64,000 bases of DNA, from IMG/VR virus record IMGVR_UViG_3300014913_000006; one strand, written 5' to 3'. Below the pieces are notes generated by a model. It saw only the letters and a program-made list of their open reading frames with translations, was not told the origin of the DNA and made no database searches. The number at the start of each line of letters is the position of its first letter. The first letter of the stretch is position 1. Made by a program: the position numbers and the translations under genes. The DNA is from a virus. This document shows, piece after piece, positions 36,335 to 46,715 of the stretch.

Positions 36335-39039
36335 TGGGTACAAAGACTAACGCCATCTTGCAAGATTCCGGTATGGAGCGAGCAGTCCTTGCTGGAATCA
36401 CAACGTATGGGGCAGATTGCTTCTTCGAGGTCGAAGACATAATCGGAGTCGCAGACTTCTATTGGCCTTGCAACCAAGAGCTTTTCACGATTCTGTCACA
36501 CTTAGTACACAAAGAAGATGCCAAGACATTCGACACACCAAGCATCCAGGCGGCGGCGAAAATCCTCGGGCACACAGACTTCACCAGTGGTGGTAAGCAT
36601 TCTGATTATCTGAGTGACATCATCGACGAAGTCGGTTCTTCTAAAGACAACATCCGATCTCTTGTTGTCGCCGTCTACAAACTGTCATTAGCCCGTCGTG
36701 GTTGGCTAGCCGCCAAGACAGTCCAAAACAATCTGAAAAAGGTGACAGGTGCGGAAGATGTGGATAGCATCATTGGTCAAATCGAAGAACCCATATTTGA
36801 GTTCACCGGCCAAATCATGACACAGGGTGCTGGCGTGGTCTCTCTTGGACAACGATTCAAGAATGTGATGACCACGTTGTCAGAAACACCTCAAGACATC
36901 ATTGGGCTACCCACAGGCTTTCCAGCGTGGGACACAGCAATCGGCGGCGGTTTAAGACCCGCAACAGTCAATGTGGTGGGAGCAAGACCAAAACAGGGAA
37001 AATGCCACGGTTCATTCGACACAATAGTATTGACAAATAGCGGTCTTCTGATGCCCTATGAGATGTTCGATGCCAAAAACAGTAAGGGGAAGATTAGTTG
37101 CGGCGACTTAAAAGTCCTAAGCAAAGATGGTGAACAAAAAACACCAGCATATTGGTGGAATAATGGATTCGCCAACGTGATAAAAATATCGACCAGATAC
37201 GGGAATACGCTGTCTGCAACACCCAACCACCCTGTCAGGATTTTGGATACCGATGGAGAAATCAAATGGAGAAACGCAGAAGGCCTGAAGCTTGGAGATC
37301 ATTTAGTCTGTCGCCGTGGAGATAGATTCTGGGGAAAAACGGAGATGCATGACGATGACGCATATGTACTGGGCCTACTAGTCGGGGATGGGTACATAGG
37401 CGAGAGAATAGTTGACTTAGCTTCCACAGATGAGACGTGCAGAGAACAATTCAAAGCTTTCGTACACAGATATGGTGGCGACGTAGGTACAGAAGACTGC
37501 TACCACACAAGGTGTAACAGAACAGATGTCGCAAAGCGAATATCATCACTCGGATTCTACGACAAAAACAGAAAGAAAATTTTCCCAATTAGTGTGCGTA
37601 CAGGAAAAGAAGGGGTCGTGAGACAGGCGCTTTGTGGGTATTTTGATGCAGACGGATGCGTCGAACACATAGGAGTAACAGCTACTACCGATTCACAACG
37701 ATTAGCTATTCAGCTAAAAGCAATGTTGTTAAATTTGGGCATACTGTCAAGAACCAAAACTAAACATGTCATTCCACCAGGACACACAGAGCCCCGTGAC
37801 TATTTTGAGGTAGCTATACAAAATACAGAATCTATCAGAATCTTCAAACAGCTAATAGGCTTCCGTATTGCCAAAAAGCAAGAAAAACTGGATATACTGT
37901 GCGACAAGAAGCCGTCCGCGAAACACGACACGGTTCCTCATCTACGTTTGCCATTACTTGAGTTAAAGAAACTTATCGTCGAGCATCGGGGATATTTTCT
38001 CCCTGGCAATATAAATGGATTACGAGACAATGTCAACAGATGGATCAGAGGAACCAGACTCGCGAGAAGAGATGTTGTCCAGAAACTGTTGGATGTACTG
38101 TCTGAATACAAGCACCTACCTGCATATATCGCCATACACAATTTAATAGACAGGCATCTGCTTTTCGACCCAATAGTGGACTTGTCGTCTGGGCAAGAAT
38201 GGACATGCGATTTTTACGTACCAGACGGTCACAGCTTTGTTACTAACGGGTTCATAAGCCACAACAGTTTCTTCTGTATGAATGTGGCTCGCAACGTAGC
38301 GGAAAACGGAATCCCAGTGTTGTATCTGGATACCGAGCTTACAAGCGACACACAATTGCATCGCCTCACCTCTTTGGTGTCTGGCGTAGACCTGGATCAT
38401 GTCGAGACCGGCAAGTTTGTCAGCAATCCCCATGAATCCGAGGCGCTATGGAGTTGTCAGGACCACATTGAAGGTCTATCCATCGATCACTTTTCTGTAG
38501 CTGGCTTGGCGCCACACGCTATCATGTCGATAGCAAGACGATGGCTATCCAAGACGGTCGGTTTCACAAGCAGTGGGGCAGCAAAGCCGTGTTTGATCGT
38601 CTATGATTATCTGAAGCTTATGGATGATGGTAGCTTCAAGAACAACCTACAAGAATATCAGCTACTTGGTTTTCTCATCACGGCACTACACAACTTTGCC
38701 GTCAAGTTCAAACTCCCAGTCTTGGCGACTGTTCAACTCAACCGCGACGGCGTTGAGAAAGAGGGTGCAGAAGTTGTTTCAGGATCAGACCGGATAGTGT
38801 GGCTGTGCTCAAACTTCACGATCCTCAAGAAAAAGATTCAGACAGAACTCAACGAAGACCCACCATCTAACGGAACAAAAAAGCTGGTCGTCACAGACAC
38901 GCGGTTCGGGGGTGGGATGGAGAGCGGTGAGTACATCAACGTGAAAGACGAACTGTCAGTAGGTAAGCTGGCCGAAGGCCAACCATTCTCAATGGTAACA
39001 CAAGCTGCCCTGGAGAATCAGTCGAATGAAGCGGTTTAG
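36334..39039 (+). CDS. dnaB: Replicative helicase DnaB with intein
   Basis: MERAVLAG, GLPTGF, GARPKQGK|S, YDYLKL, VQLNR. Confidence 0.92.
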   Translation: MGTKTNAILQDSGMERAVLAGITTYGADCFFEVEDIIGVADFYWPCNQELFTILSHLVHKEDAKTFDTPSIQAAAKILGHTDFTSGGKHSDYLSDIIDEVGSSKDNIRSLVVAVYKLSLARRGWLAAKTVQNNLKKVTGAEDVDSIIGQIEEPIFEFTGQIMTQGAGVVSLGQRFKNVMTTLSETPQDIIGLPTGFPAWDTAIGGGLRPATVNVVGARPKQGKCHGSFDTIVLTNSGLLMPYEMFDAKNSKGKISCGDLKVLSKDGEQKTPAYWWNNGFANVIKISTRYGNTLSATPNHPVRILDTDGEIKWRNAEGLKLGDHLVCRRGDRFWGKTEMHDDDAYVLGLLVGDGYIGERIVDLASTDETCREQFKAFVHRYGGDVGTEDCYHTRCNRTDVAKRISSLGFYDKNRKKIFPISVRTGKEGVVRQALCGYFDADGCVEHIGVTATTDSQRLAIQLKAMLLNLGILSRTKTKHVIPPGHTEPRDYFEVAIQNTESIRIFKQLIGFRIAKKQEKLDILCDKKPSAKHDTVPHLRLPLLELKKLIVEHRGYFLPGNINGLRDNVNRWIRGTRLARRDVVQKLLDVLSEYKHLPAYIAIHNLIDRHLLFDPIVDLSSGQEWTCDFYVPDGHSFVTNGFISHNSFFCMNVARNVAENGIPVLYLDTELTSDTQLHRLTSLVSGVDLDHVETGKFVSNPHESEALWSCQDHIEGLSIDHFSVAGLAPHAIMSIARRWLSKTVGFTSSGAAKPCLIVYDYLKLMDDGSFKNNLQEYQLLGFLITALHNFAVKFKLPVLATVQLNRDGVEKEGAEVVSGSDRIVWLCSNFTILKKKIQTELNEDPPSNGTKKLVVTDTRFGGGMESGEYINVKDELSVGKLAEGQPFSMVTQAALENQSNEAV
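37003..38265 (+). mobile_element. Intein in the DnaB Walker A
   Basis: GK|CHGSFD...GYFDADG...ISHN|S; 421 aa. Confidence 0.92.
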
Positions 39040-40189
39040 GTCTCAGGATATTCCATTCATACAAGCTCGTGCCTGCGAGCGGGTAGCCGAAGTATTCGAT
39101 GCGCTCGGTATCGATTACATCGAACGGCACGACTACTTGCAGGCTGCGTGTCCCGTACACGAGGGGGACAACCAAAGAGCGATGTTCTGGGCTATCAGGT
39201 CTAACCACTGGCAGTGCAAGACCAGAGGGTGCCATTGTGACCCCGTTACTGGTCCGTCTAGCAGTATCTTTGGTCTGGTTCGTGGGACCATGAGCCGCAA
39301 GACAGGAAAGGAATGGGGCTTTCAGCAGGCGGTCAAATTCGTAGCTCAGGCTTTGGGGTTGGAGCAGTGTAGGGCTGATTCTGTTACCGCACAAGACATC
39401 GAGATAGCCAAGATTATCAAGCGAAACCGGAAGAAGCAGAACGTCGTCCAAGGTCAAGGGGTACCGCTAGCCACCATGGTTCAACACCTAAAGCCCGATC
39501 AAGTCTACTATCCAAATCGTGGTATATCGCCAGAGATCATAGCTCGGTATCACATATCGTTCTGTAATACCAAGGGCAAGCCCATGTACAAGCGGGCGTT
39601 CTTTCCTGTTCTCGACGCTACTGGGCGACACGTTGTCGGGTGGTCTGGCAGAAGTATCTACGACAAATGTCCGAAATGTGGAATGCACCATCACCCAGAA
39701 CGGGCGTCGTGTCCAGACGCCCAGTATGGTGGAGTGTACACGAAGTGGAAGCACTCCAAAGATTTCCACGGAGAACTGTGTCTCTACAATCTATGGTATG
39801 CGAAACCGTTTATTAGCAAGACTGGAACAGTCATTCTCTGTGAAGGTCCAGGTGATGTATGGGCATACGAGGCAGCGGGTATACGTAACAGCGTAGCTCT
39901 GTTGGGGCTCAGTATGTCTCGTCAGCAACGGCTCATGTTGCAGAACGCAGGAGCGCTCACAGTAGTATGTACATTCGATAACGACGAAGCTGGTCGGAAG
40001 GCTATGCGGAAATTGGATCGGGACTTGACGCACTACTTCAGAGTATTTTGTGTGACACCCGATACTGTAAAGGACGTTGGTGACATGTTTGCTGAAGATA
40101 TCGCGGCGAAGATTGGCCCTATCTTGCAACAAGCATCTAGAGCAGAAATGCTATCCGATGGCTACGGAGCCGGGGAGGAAATTCGATGA
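39026..40189 (+). CDS. dnaG: DNA primase (CHC2 zinc finger plus TOPRIM)
   Basis: CPVH...CKTRGC; LCEGPGD; FDNDEAG. Confidence 0.9.
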   Translation: MKRFRSQDIPFIQARACERVAEVFDALGIDYIERHDYLQAACPVHEGDNQRAMFWAIRSNHWQCKTRGCHCDPVTGPSSSIFGLVRGTMSRKTGKEWGFQQAVKFVAQALGLEQCRADSVTAQDIEIAKIIKRNRKKQNVVQGQGVPLATMVQHLKPDQVYYPNRGISPEIIARYHISFCNTKGKPMYKRAFFPVLDATGRHVVGWSGRSIYDKCPKCGMHHHPERASCPDAQYGGVYTKWKHSKDFHGELCLYNLWYAKPFISKTGTVILCEGPGDVWAYEAAGIRNSVALLGLSMSRQQRLMLQNAGALTVVCTFDNDEAGRKAMRKLDRDLTHYFRVFCVTPDTVKDVGDMFAEDIAAKIGPILQQASRAEMLSDGYGAGEEIR

Positions 40190-40632
40190 AGAAGAAAGAC
40201 ACAAACCCTAAAGACAGAATGGCTACCACCAGATTAGATTTGAGCCTATTTCCAACTACGGCAAAAGCATACGGCGCTTTGGCAATGACCGAAGGAGATT
40301 TGAAATATGGCGGCTTCAACTACAGGAGCGCTGGCGTTAAGGCTTCAGTCTATTACGCAGCAGCAAACCGCCATATGGACAAATGGTTCAATGGAGAATG
40401 GGCGGATGACAAAACAGGGGTGCCTCACCTTGCAAGCGCCCTGGCGTGTATCGGTGTTCTTATCGACGCTATAGAGTGCGACAAGTTGAACGATGATCGT
40501 CCACCGAAATGCGATATGGCCGCTCTACTCAACGACATGGAAGAGAAAGTCATCCATCTTCAAAAGCTGTTCCCCGATGGGCCAGATCGTCACAAAGAAA
40601 CAGACAAGGAAGGCACTGATGAGAGTAGTTAA
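40186..40632 (+). CDS. dATP/dGTP diphosphohydrolase-domain protein (DUF5664)
   Basis: TNPKD...EGDLKYGGFNYR...RH...WFNGE...D..TGVPHLASA. Confidence 0.82.
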   Translation: MKKKDTNPKDRMATTRLDLSLFPTTAKAYGALAMTEGDLKYGGFNYRSAGVKASVYYAAANRHMDKWFNGEWADDKTGVPHLASALACIGVLIDAIECDKLNDDRPPKCDMAALLNDMEEKVIHLQKLFPDGPDRHKETDKEGTDESS

Positions 40633-41566
40633 GTGTAGCGCTAGCGCAATAGGGCTGTACAACCATTGTCCGTTTTCGTACTTCATGCACTACATTCTTG
40701 GCATGGAGTCGAAGGCTGGCAAGGCGGCACTCCAGGGTACGATTGTTCACCAAGCCCTAGAGTGGATGACCAAATTGCGCAAGCGTGGAAAAACCAATGT
40801 CGATCCGATGTGGCTGCTACATCGTGCGTGGGATGAGCACACAGCGGCTACACCAGAGATAAGTATTCGCAAAGTGACTACTCGCATAGACAAAGAGACT
40901 GGTGAGTTCAAGGAAGCGGCAGATTTCAAGAAGTGCAGGGTAGCACTAGAAACTGTGCTCAACGACCCGTATTACAATCCATACAAGATCAAACCGATTG
41001 ATTCTGAAAGATGGTTTGCTTTGGAGATGCCTGGGGAAGAGTGGCAGTGTCTTGACAAAGATGGCAAACTGCATCAGTTCGCCGTTCGAGGCTTCATTGA
41101 CCTTGTTCACGAGATCGACGAAGACACAATCGAGATCGCTGACTGGAAAACTGGAAGCAGAAAAGATTTCTATACTCAGCAACCTATCGACGAAGCGTTG
41201 TTGATGAGGGAGGTCCAGCCAAGGCTTTATCATCTGGCGGCATACTTCCTATATCCGCAGTACAAGAACATACTAATCACCTTCTACTATACCAACGACG
41301 GTGGACCAATCACAATAGCTCTGTCCCAAGATGATCTAGCGATGACAATAGCGGGCCTCCATCGCTTCTTTACCACAATCAGACGAGATACGTTGATGCG
41401 GCGGAATCGTTGGTGGACTTGTCGCATGTGCAGCTTCAACAACAATGGTGTCTGCCACAGAGTGTGGAGCGATCTACACACATTGGGCGGCGAATACGTG
41501 GAAGACCGTTACGCCAATCTCGACCTCGAAGGTCAGTTGGCTATTGGCAAACCAGTGGAGGCGTAA
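40619..41566 (+). CDS. Cas4/RecB-like PD-(D/E)XK exonuclease
   Basis: NHCP, GTIVH, RGFIDL, ADWKTG, CRMC...C. Confidence 0.85.
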   Translation: MRVVKCSASAIGLYNHCPFSYFMHYILGMESKAGKAALQGTIVHQALEWMTKLRKRGKTNVDPMWLLHRAWDEHTAATPEISIRKVTTRIDKETGEFKEAADFKKCRVALETVLNDPYYNPYKIKPIDSERWFALEMPGEEWQCLDKDGKLHQFAVRGFIDLVHEIDEDTIEIADWKTGSRKDFYTQQPIDEALLMREVQPRLYHLAAYFLYPQYKNILITFYYTNDGGPITIALSQDDLAMTIAGLHRFFTTIRRDTLMRRNRWWTCRMCSFNNNGVCHRVWSDLHTLGGEYVEDRYANLDLEGQLAIGKPVEA

Positions 41567-41567
41567 G

Positions 41568-44500
41568 ATGAGCAAGACATATGTACCACTTCATGTCCAC
41601 AGCTTCTATAGCCTGTTGGACGGACTCTGTTCGCCCAAGGATATTGTTGCTAGGTGCGCAGAGCTTGGCATACCTGCATGTGCGATGACAGATCATGGCA
41701 ATATCGCTGGCATGAAGGTGTTCTACGATGCTGCCAAAAAGAAAAAGGTCAAACCAATTATTGGGTGTTGTTTGCCAGGACAGGAGATAATAACTGATCG
41801 TGGTGTTAAAAAGATACAAGATATCTCAACCAAAGATATGGTATTGACGCACAAAGGTCGATACAGGAGAGTTGTAAGCACGATGAGTCGTTATGTATCT
41901 ACGACAATCTATGGATTCGACACATGGGGCGGAAGAAAAATATGGACGACGGATGAGCATCCACTTTTAGTCCGGACATCTGAAGATGGTTTTGTTGCCA
42001 AGAACAGTTGGGTAAGAGCAGATTCAATACAACACGGAAGACACAACAGCAACAAAAGGCTAAGATGGAAAAGTTATTTGACGATGCCCGTACATGAGAG
42101 TTCTATCCCCCTGGTAGATGCTGTGCAACTTTTAACTGATAACGGATATGATGATCGTTATGAAGTTGTTGATGACCGTATATTCAAGATTTGCAGCAAG
42201 ACAAATTCACAAGACACATGTATGGGAAAACCGTTTGATTTTCCCTGTTTTCAAATAGACGATGATTTAGCATTTTTTATTGGGACGTTCGTAGCAGAAG
42301 GTTCGTTTCAAGAATCAAAAAATGGACCACACTCTGGAATACTGACTTTTCATATCGACGAACGCGACCTGTCTCTTAGGTGTAGGCAAGCACTAAGATC
42401 ACTAAAAATTGAAACCATAGAAACACTTAGGCCAGACAAAACCACAAGAGAGCTTCATTTTCACCACAGTATATTCTGTCGTATTTTGAAATGCCTAGTG
42501 GGTTCTGGGGCAAAGACAAAGAAACTTCATCCAATATTGATGCAACAATCTCCCCATATCACCAAGTGTTTCCTGAGAGGTCTTCTGGCAGGTGACGGTG
42601 CAAAAAGAACTGATGGGTCGCAAATACTGAAATTGGCCAATGAAACTTTAATATGGCAAACAAGAACATTGTTGAGTAAATTTGGTTATACATCTCGGAT
42701 AACTAAATCAAAAGCTGATAACAAGCAGGCCTGGACTATCCAATGGAGATGGTCATCAGAAGGATATACAGATAGCGACAACCGATATGTGTATCTACCT
42801 ATTAAAAACATAGAGACAAAACATTATGATGGCCCTGTTTTCAACTTCGAGGTAGAAGAAGATCATTCTTATGTGAGTGACGTTATACTTCATAACTGCG
42901 AGATGTATATTTGTGAGCAGGAAGCCGATGTCAAAAATACCAGCAACAATAAGCGAAACCACTTGATAGTTCTCGCCAAGAATGATCAAGGTATCAAAGA
43001 CTTAATGGGTTTGGTAAGTGAATCGAACAGGCCAGATTACTTCTATCGTAAGCCTCGTATCCATCTGGCGGGTATCGCCCCCTTCGCAAAACGTGGTAAT
43101 CTGATATTCCTGACTGCATGTATTGCGGGCGAACTGCCTATGTCACTGTTTTCCGATTTTCGCGCAGCAATTATGGGTGGAAGAAACGGCCATGCTGACG
43201 GTGCCAGAGAATATCTGCGACCAAATTGGAAAGATGTCGGCAAGGCTATTATTCACAAACACATAGCTACTTTTGGTAAAGATAACTATTATCTCGAACT
43301 CCAGAATACCGGCATGGGCATTCAGGCATTAGTGGTTGAGTGCTTAAGAGAACTCAGTGAAGAAACAGGTGTACCAACAGTTGCGACCATCGACGCCCAT
43401 TATTGTCGCAAGCAAGAAGCTGAAGACCAGAGACTTCTACTATACGCGCAACTCCACACCACGAAAGAAGAGCAAGAGCGGAAGCTACAGCAGACCGGCG
43501 ATGTCATGGACTTCATGATATCGGATAAATACTACATCCCGTCCTACGACGAGATGAGAAAGCATTTCACAGAGGCCGAACTTCAAACGACCCTGGACAT
43601 CGCAGCACAGATCGAGTATTCATCGTTGGGCCACAATCCGTATCTACCAATTTTCACCAATGATGAATCAAAGTCTCTCAAACTTGACTCTAACGAGTAC
43701 CTAAGACACCTCTGCATCGAGGGGGCAAAAGCCAAGCTGACACATCTGAAACCAGCACAGAAGAAGGTGTACTGGGCTCGACTACAGAGAGAGCTTATCG
43801 TTATCCAAGAGGCTGGATTGGCCGACTACTTTCTGATTGTATGGGATGCGTGCCGATTCGTTGATGAGAAAAATGGACCACGAGGGAAGGGGCGCGGTTC
43901 TGGCGCTGGCTCGTTGGTCAATTATCTGACAGGAATCACGGGGATTGATCCAATCGAGTACGGATTGTATTTCGAACGATTCTACAACATGAGTCGTAAC
44001 ATTCCTCCACACTTTGATGTAGGGCAAGTTGATTTCATGTCGTGGATGTCCGACAACTTCGAGCTACTACATACCAGAGACATAGACGAAGAACGCAAGG
44101 CGGTGGCTGCGCACCTAGCAAGACGGATGAAGCAGCGTAGGGTTGAATTCACAGATATGATGAGGGAAGAGGTCGAGTGGATTGACAAGAAGAATCCACG
44201 TATGTGGATGTACCTGTACGACATGATCCAGGATAAGCCAGCGGAAAATCCTGCCAATTCACACTTGGCGTATGGGCTTGGTGCGACACTCGCTGGTCGT
44301 GACGAACTGGATGTGAAACGCAAGGTCAAGACTCATGATGGTCACGTCAGTCTGCCTGATATCGATACGGATATTGGAGTTGTGTTCAGGAGTGAGGTAA
44401 TCGCATACCTCAAAGAGAGATGGGGCGAAGAATATGTCGCACAGATGATCACGTTCGGACGCCTTCAGGGGAAGGCGGCACTCAAGGAAGTGTTCCGCGC

Positions 44501-45038
44501 ACATCCCGATACAGTAAAGCATCTCATGAAGGTCAAGGCTCTCAAGGAAGGTAAAGATGCCGACGATATCTGTATGACACCCCACGATCTGTGCAATGAG
44601 ATCACACAGCACATCCCCGATGAAGCGACAATCGCAGACGAGTTGAGACAGGCGAGGGCTGAGCAAGGGGACGACTATGGTATTCTTCAGTGGGCAGTCC
44701 ACAATGTTGAGCAGGTCCAATCTGCGTATGAATGGTTCAAACCGCTGTTCGATCAAGCCATGCGGATCGAGGGGACTAAGAAGTCTCAGTCGAAGCACGC
44801 TGCTGGTGTGGTGATAGCAGACAGACCTATCGCAGAATTGACTCCTCTTGCCTATGACGCAAAAAACAAGGACCGCGTGGTGGGGCTGGAGATGTGCAAC
44901 GCTGAAGACATGGGCGCTGTTAAGTTTGACTTCTTAGGAGTCGTAGCCCTTGACAAGCTCTGGAAAGCGCAGGACTTGATCAACGGATGCGGTGAGGAAG
45001 AGGTCTTGGAAGAGGGGTTAGTGAATGTCCCAGACTGA
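41568..45038 (+). CDS. dnaE: DNA polymerase III alpha, N-terminal half (PHP plus palm/thumb) with intein
   Basis: LHVHSFYSLLDG, TDHG, GRGSGAGSLV, PDIDTD, KHAAGVVI, KFDFLG, then a stop. Confidence 0.93.
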   Translation: MSKTYVPLHVHSFYSLLDGLCSPKDIVARCAELGIPACAMTDHGNIAGMKVFYDAAKKKKVKPIIGCCLPGQEIITDRGVKKIQDISTKDMVLTHKGRYRRVVSTMSRYVSTTIYGFDTWGGRKIWTTDEHPLLVRTSEDGFVAKNSWVRADSIQHGRHNSNKRLRWKSYLTMPVHESSIPLVDAVQLLTDNGYDDRYEVVDDRIFKICSKTNSQDTCMGKPFDFPCFQIDDDLAFFIGTFVAEGSFQESKNGPHSGILTFHIDERDLSLRCRQALRSLKIETIETLRPDKTTRELHFHHSIFCRILKCLVGSGAKTKKLHPILMQQSPHITKCFLRGLLAGDGAKRTDGSQILKLANETLIWQTRTLLSKFGYTSRITKSKADNKQAWTIQWRWSSEGYTDSDNRYVYLPIKNIETKHYDGPVFNFEVEEDHSYVSDVILHNCEMYICEQEADVKNTSNNKRNHLIVLAKNDQGIKDLMGLVSESNRPDYFYRKPRIHLAGIAPFAKRGNLIFLTACIAGELPMSLFSDFRAAIMGGRNGHADGAREYLRPNWKDVGKAIIHKHIATFGKDNYYLELQNTGMGIQALVVECLRELSEETGVPTVATIDAHYCRKQEAEDQRLLLYAQLHTTKEEQERKLQQTGDVMDFMISDKYYIPSYDEMRKHFTEAELQTTLDIAAQIEYSSLGHNPYLPIFTNDESKSLKLDSNEYLRHLCIEGAKAKLTHLKPAQKKVYWARLQRELIVIQEAGLADYFLIVWDACRFVDEKNGPRGKGRGSGAGSLVNYLTGITGIDPIEYGLYFERFYNMSRNIPPHFDVGQVDFMSWMSDNFELLHTRDIDEERKAVAAHLARRMKQRRVEFTDMMREEVEWIDKKNPRMWMYLYDMIQDKPAENPANSHLAYGLGATLAGRDELDVKRKVKTHDGHVSLPDIDTDIGVVFRSEVIAYLKERWGEEYVAQMITFGRLQGKAALKEVFRAHPDTVKHLMKVKALKEGKDADDICMTPHDLCNEITQHIPDEATIADELRQARAEQGDDYGILQWAVHNVEQVQSAYEWFKPLFDQAMRIEGTKKSQSKHAAGVVIADRPIAELTPLAYDAKNKDRVVGLEMCNAEDMGAVKFDFLGVVALDKLWKAQDLINGCGEEEVLEEGLVNVPD
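41766..42896 (+). mobile_element. Intein in the DnaE PHP domain
   Basis: KPIIG|CCLPG...GLLAGDG...ILHN|CEMY. Confidence 0.9.
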
Positions 45039-45399
45039 TTATGCGGCACATATCAAGACTGTCTTCTGTGACCTAGATGGTTGTGTCTTCAAGCATCATG
45101 GAGACATCGCAGAGATACTGGCCAACCCGTGTGAACTGTTACCTGGGGCAAAGGATTCGTTCAAGAAATGGGGGCACAAAGGGTACACGGTTATCCTGAC
45201 CACTGGCAGACCAGAGAGTATGCGAAGCATTACTGAACAACAAGTCCGTGACGCAGGTTTGTATTACCACCACCTGATCATGGACTTGCCACGGGGGCAG
45301 CGAGTCGTGATCAACGACGTAAAGCCCGGGAGAAAAGCCGATACCGCTGCGTGCGTGAACGTTGAAAGAAACAAGGGGATGGAAAATGTTGACATCTAA
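45025..45399 (+). CDS. Small HAD-family phosphatase
   Basis: FCDLDG, LTTGR, VIND. Confidence 0.85.
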   Translation: MSQTDYAAHIKTVFCDLDGCVFKHHGDIAEILANPCELLPGAKDSFKKWGHKGYTVILTTGRPESMRSITEQQVRDAGLYYHHLIMDLPRGQRVVINDVKPGRKADTAACVNVERNKGMENVDI

Positions 45400-46405
45400 T
45401 CTCGCTTGTGGGCCGATGAGCAGAGAAATCATCGAAGCTGTTTTCCGCCATTCGCACAAGTTTGGGGCGCAGTTGATGCTGATATGCTCTCGCAATCAAG
45501 TAGACGCTAACAGTGGATACGTGTTCACGACATCGGAGTACGTAGAGTATCTGGCAAGGCTCAAAAGAGCTTATCCCCAAGCGGACGTAGTAATCTGCCG
45601 CGATCATTGTGGCCCAGGCTTCGGCACCACACCAGAAAGCGACCTTGGCGAAACCAGGAAAACAATCCGCTGCGACCTGGAACATGGCTTCGACCTTATC
45701 CACATCGACCTTTGCCACGCGAAGATGTCCCACGACGAGAAGCTTCGTAACACAGCAGAACTGATGCGGTTCGCTCTAGAGATCAAACCAGATGTGATGT
45801 TCGAAATAGGCACCGACGAGAACGTAGGGGTCACCGAGACAGATGTTGCAAGGATCGTTACCGACATCCAGGCATGTCAGAAAGTGGCCGACCCTGTCTT
45901 TTACGTCGTGCAAACTGGAAGCCTCGTGCGAGAGGCGTACAACGCTGGTTCTTTCGACACCAACAGCGTAAGGGCGATGCACGCAGCATTAGCCGGGTGT
46001 GGGGTCAAACTCAAAGAACACAACGCTGATTACCTGGATACTCGACAGATCACCGCCCGCAAGGGTATTGTGGATGCTGTGAACATAGCCCCGCAACTCG
46101 GTGTAATACAGACAAGCTATCTGTTATCGCAAGCTTTGGTGTACGGAATCAGCACGCAGCCATTCATTGACGAGGTGATACAGGGGGATAGGTGGCGCAA
46201 GTGGGTTGACCCCTCTGGTAATCCACAGCGGATGTTGTTTGTTCTCGTTGCCGGTCACTACCACTTCAACGGATCAGCCTACCAACAACTGGTAGATGAA
46301 CTTGCCCTAAAGATCAACGTCAAAGAGGGTATTCTTGGTGAGATCACAAAGGTCATCGAACATTACCTGTTTTCGTTGGAGGGATGCTATGCAGATCATC
46401 AATAA
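45386..46405 (+). CDS. GatZ/KbaZ-like (tagatose-phosphate epimerase/aldolase-fold) protein
   Basis: ICSRNQVD...GY, CRDHCGPG, IHID, KEHNADY, NIAPQLG. Confidence 0.7.
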   Translation: MLTSNLACGPMSREIIEAVFRHSHKFGAQLMLICSRNQVDANSGYVFTTSEYVEYLARLKRAYPQADVVICRDHCGPGFGTTPESDLGETRKTIRCDLEHGFDLIHIDLCHAKMSHDEKLRNTAELMRFALEIKPDVMFEIGTDENVGVTETDVARIVTDIQACQKVADPVFYVVQTGSLVREAYNAGSFDTNSVRAMHAALAGCGVKLKEHNADYLDTRQITARKGIVDAVNIAPQLGVIQTSYLLSQALVYGISTQPFIDEVIQGDRWRKWVDPSGNPQRMLFVLVAGHYHFNGSAYQQLVDELALKINVKEGILGEITKVIEHYLFSLEGCYADHQ

Positions 46406-46715
46406 GCCATGGGGCAAAGAAGAGATCCTGGCTGTGCAGGACAAGTATGTGGTCAAGAGATTGCACATGACCAAAGGAAAGAGATGTAGTCTACAGTATC
46501 ATGAGCACAAAACAGAAACGATATATGTGTTGAGCGGCGTGTTGCTATTACACCTGGACGGTCAAGTTATCACAATGAGGCCGGGCGACTTTCGCACCAT
46601 CGTCCCAGGTGAAGTACATCGCATGGAGGGCGGGGAGGACGCTATATACCTGGAGTCTTCAACAACCGAACTAGACGACGTTGTACGTGTGGAAGATGAT
46701 TATGGGCGAGAGTAG
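46389..46715 (+). CDS. Cupin (mannose-6-phosphate isomerase-like)
   Basis: KPWG, SLQYHEHKTET, PGEVHR, DDVVRVEDDYGR. Confidence 0.85.
   Translation: MQIINKPWGKEEILAVQDKYVVKRLHMTKGKRCSLQYHEHKTETIYVLSGVLLLHLDGQVITMRPGDFRTIVPGEVHRMEGGEDAIYLESSTTELDDVVRVEDDYGRE

Noticed and set aside
40186-40632. 2-aminoadenine (Z) genome
   Set aside because: No purZ in the window; the diphosphohydrolase domain alone is insufficient evidence.
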